A stretch of DNA of 64,000 bases from Patellaria atrata CBS 101060 (taxonomy: Eukaryota), in the NCBI GenBank assembly GCA_010093705.1, contig MU006111.1:62001-126000 (forward strand), in the 5' to 3' direction. Below the pieces are notes generated by a model. The model saw only the letters and a list, made by a program, of their open reading frames with translations, had not been told where the DNA came from and did not search any database. Below, piece by piece: positions 63,094-64,000 of the stretch; positions within the stretch are counted from its first letter, which is position 1; every line of letters begins with the position of its first letter. A program made the translations under genes and the position numbers.

Positions 63094-63776
63094 CTAATGA
63101 GCTGTCCAATTGTCAGCATTTGGCGAGTGATACAAATAGAGTTGATATACCATCTGGTTGAGATAGAATATATTCTACGGCTTGATTGACTATCTGTATG
63201 TCAGCAATCTGTGTGAACCTATCAGTTGAACTCGATCTTGCACCTACCACTGTGGATGGCATCGGCGTCCTTGTCCGGGATCTCAATGCTAAATTCCTGC
63301 AACAATCAGCCCCTGCTAACACCGAGTGAATCTGGTATCACCGACCTCCTCGATTGCCATGACCACCTCCACGGTATCCAGACTGTCCAGGCCTAAATCA
63401 TTGGCAAAGTGTGACTGAGGGGAGAGCTATGTGAAATGAGCATCCATCGACGTGACATCTCATTAAATCGAGGGAGATGATACCTTCGAAGCATCGGTGA
63501 TCTGATGAAAGCGTCAGCTAAGATCCAATCGGCGATTCATCGTGACAATACCTTATCAAAGTTCTTCAGAAGGTCTAATATCCTCCCTTGAACCTCATCT
63601 TTTGCAAGACCGGCGTGTGCCGAGTAGCACCTCAATGCCTGGAAGCATGCGGAGGGAGCGACCTGCCTCGATTGAAGAAAGGAAGTTGGGGTGAACGGCC
63701 GGAGAATTAGCGCTGGTCTGCGGACAACGGATTTAGATGCACTTCGCGCGGTTCTGAGGAGAGCTGTTCTGAGCAT
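63094..63776 (-). CDS. ACP1: Mitochondrial acyl carrier protein (NDUFAB1); 5 introns including an 18-nt microexon
   Basis: Presequence MLRTALLRTARS, RILDLLKNFDK|ITDASK|LSPQSHFANDLGLDSLDTVEVVMAIEE|EFSIEIPD with the phosphopantetheine DSL motif. Ends QPD|AH*. Confidence 0.96.
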
Positions 63777-64000
63777 GTTGACGGCGTTGATGAGGGATAA
63801 GGGTGGAGTTAATGTTAATGATGGAGCTCGCTCGTTCTTGTTTCTATCAAAGCTCGAGCAAGTCACGGGATCTGGGATCTGGAGACCTCAAAAACCCTTC
63901 AACACTGATAGATGCATTTTATACCCCGATATAATCCTATGTATAGCGTATATCTCAAGTATTATCCAGAATCAATGTACATCAATCCATTCGTCCCCTC

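Overview
This is a gene-dense, intron-rich window from a filamentous ascomycete (Pezizomycotina). Introns are mostly 45-110 nt with CTRAC branch points. I resolve 29 protein-coding genes, most of them conserved housekeeping genes: ALG1, OST3, RFT1, MSC2, MRM2, SLD2, LPD1, SGD1, SRP14, cytosolic AsnRS, a double-PHD Rco1-like protein, Cdb4/PA2G4, SNF5, VPS74 and mitochondrial ACP. A left-hand accessory block holds a 3-hydroxyacyl-CoA dehydrogenase divergently paired with a peroxisomal aryl/acyl-CoA ligase, two secreted or surface proteins, a CYP52-like P450 and a Zn2Cys6 regulator. There is one intron-containing tRNA-Ala(AGC). I found no transposon, CRISPR array or rRNA. Four signals stand out. 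(1) A ~200-nt box C/D snoRNA candidate lies in an unusually long non-coding intron (29776-30103, minus strand) and has several segments complementary to the 18S rRNA head, as in snR4. (2) The odd palindrome TACWGTA recurs strongly in intergenic DNA. (3) The dehydrogenase/CoA-ligase pair shares a FarA-type site. (4) Three N-glycosylation genes lie within 15 kb. All gene models were spliced by eye, so boundaries are best estimates, and no database searches were run.
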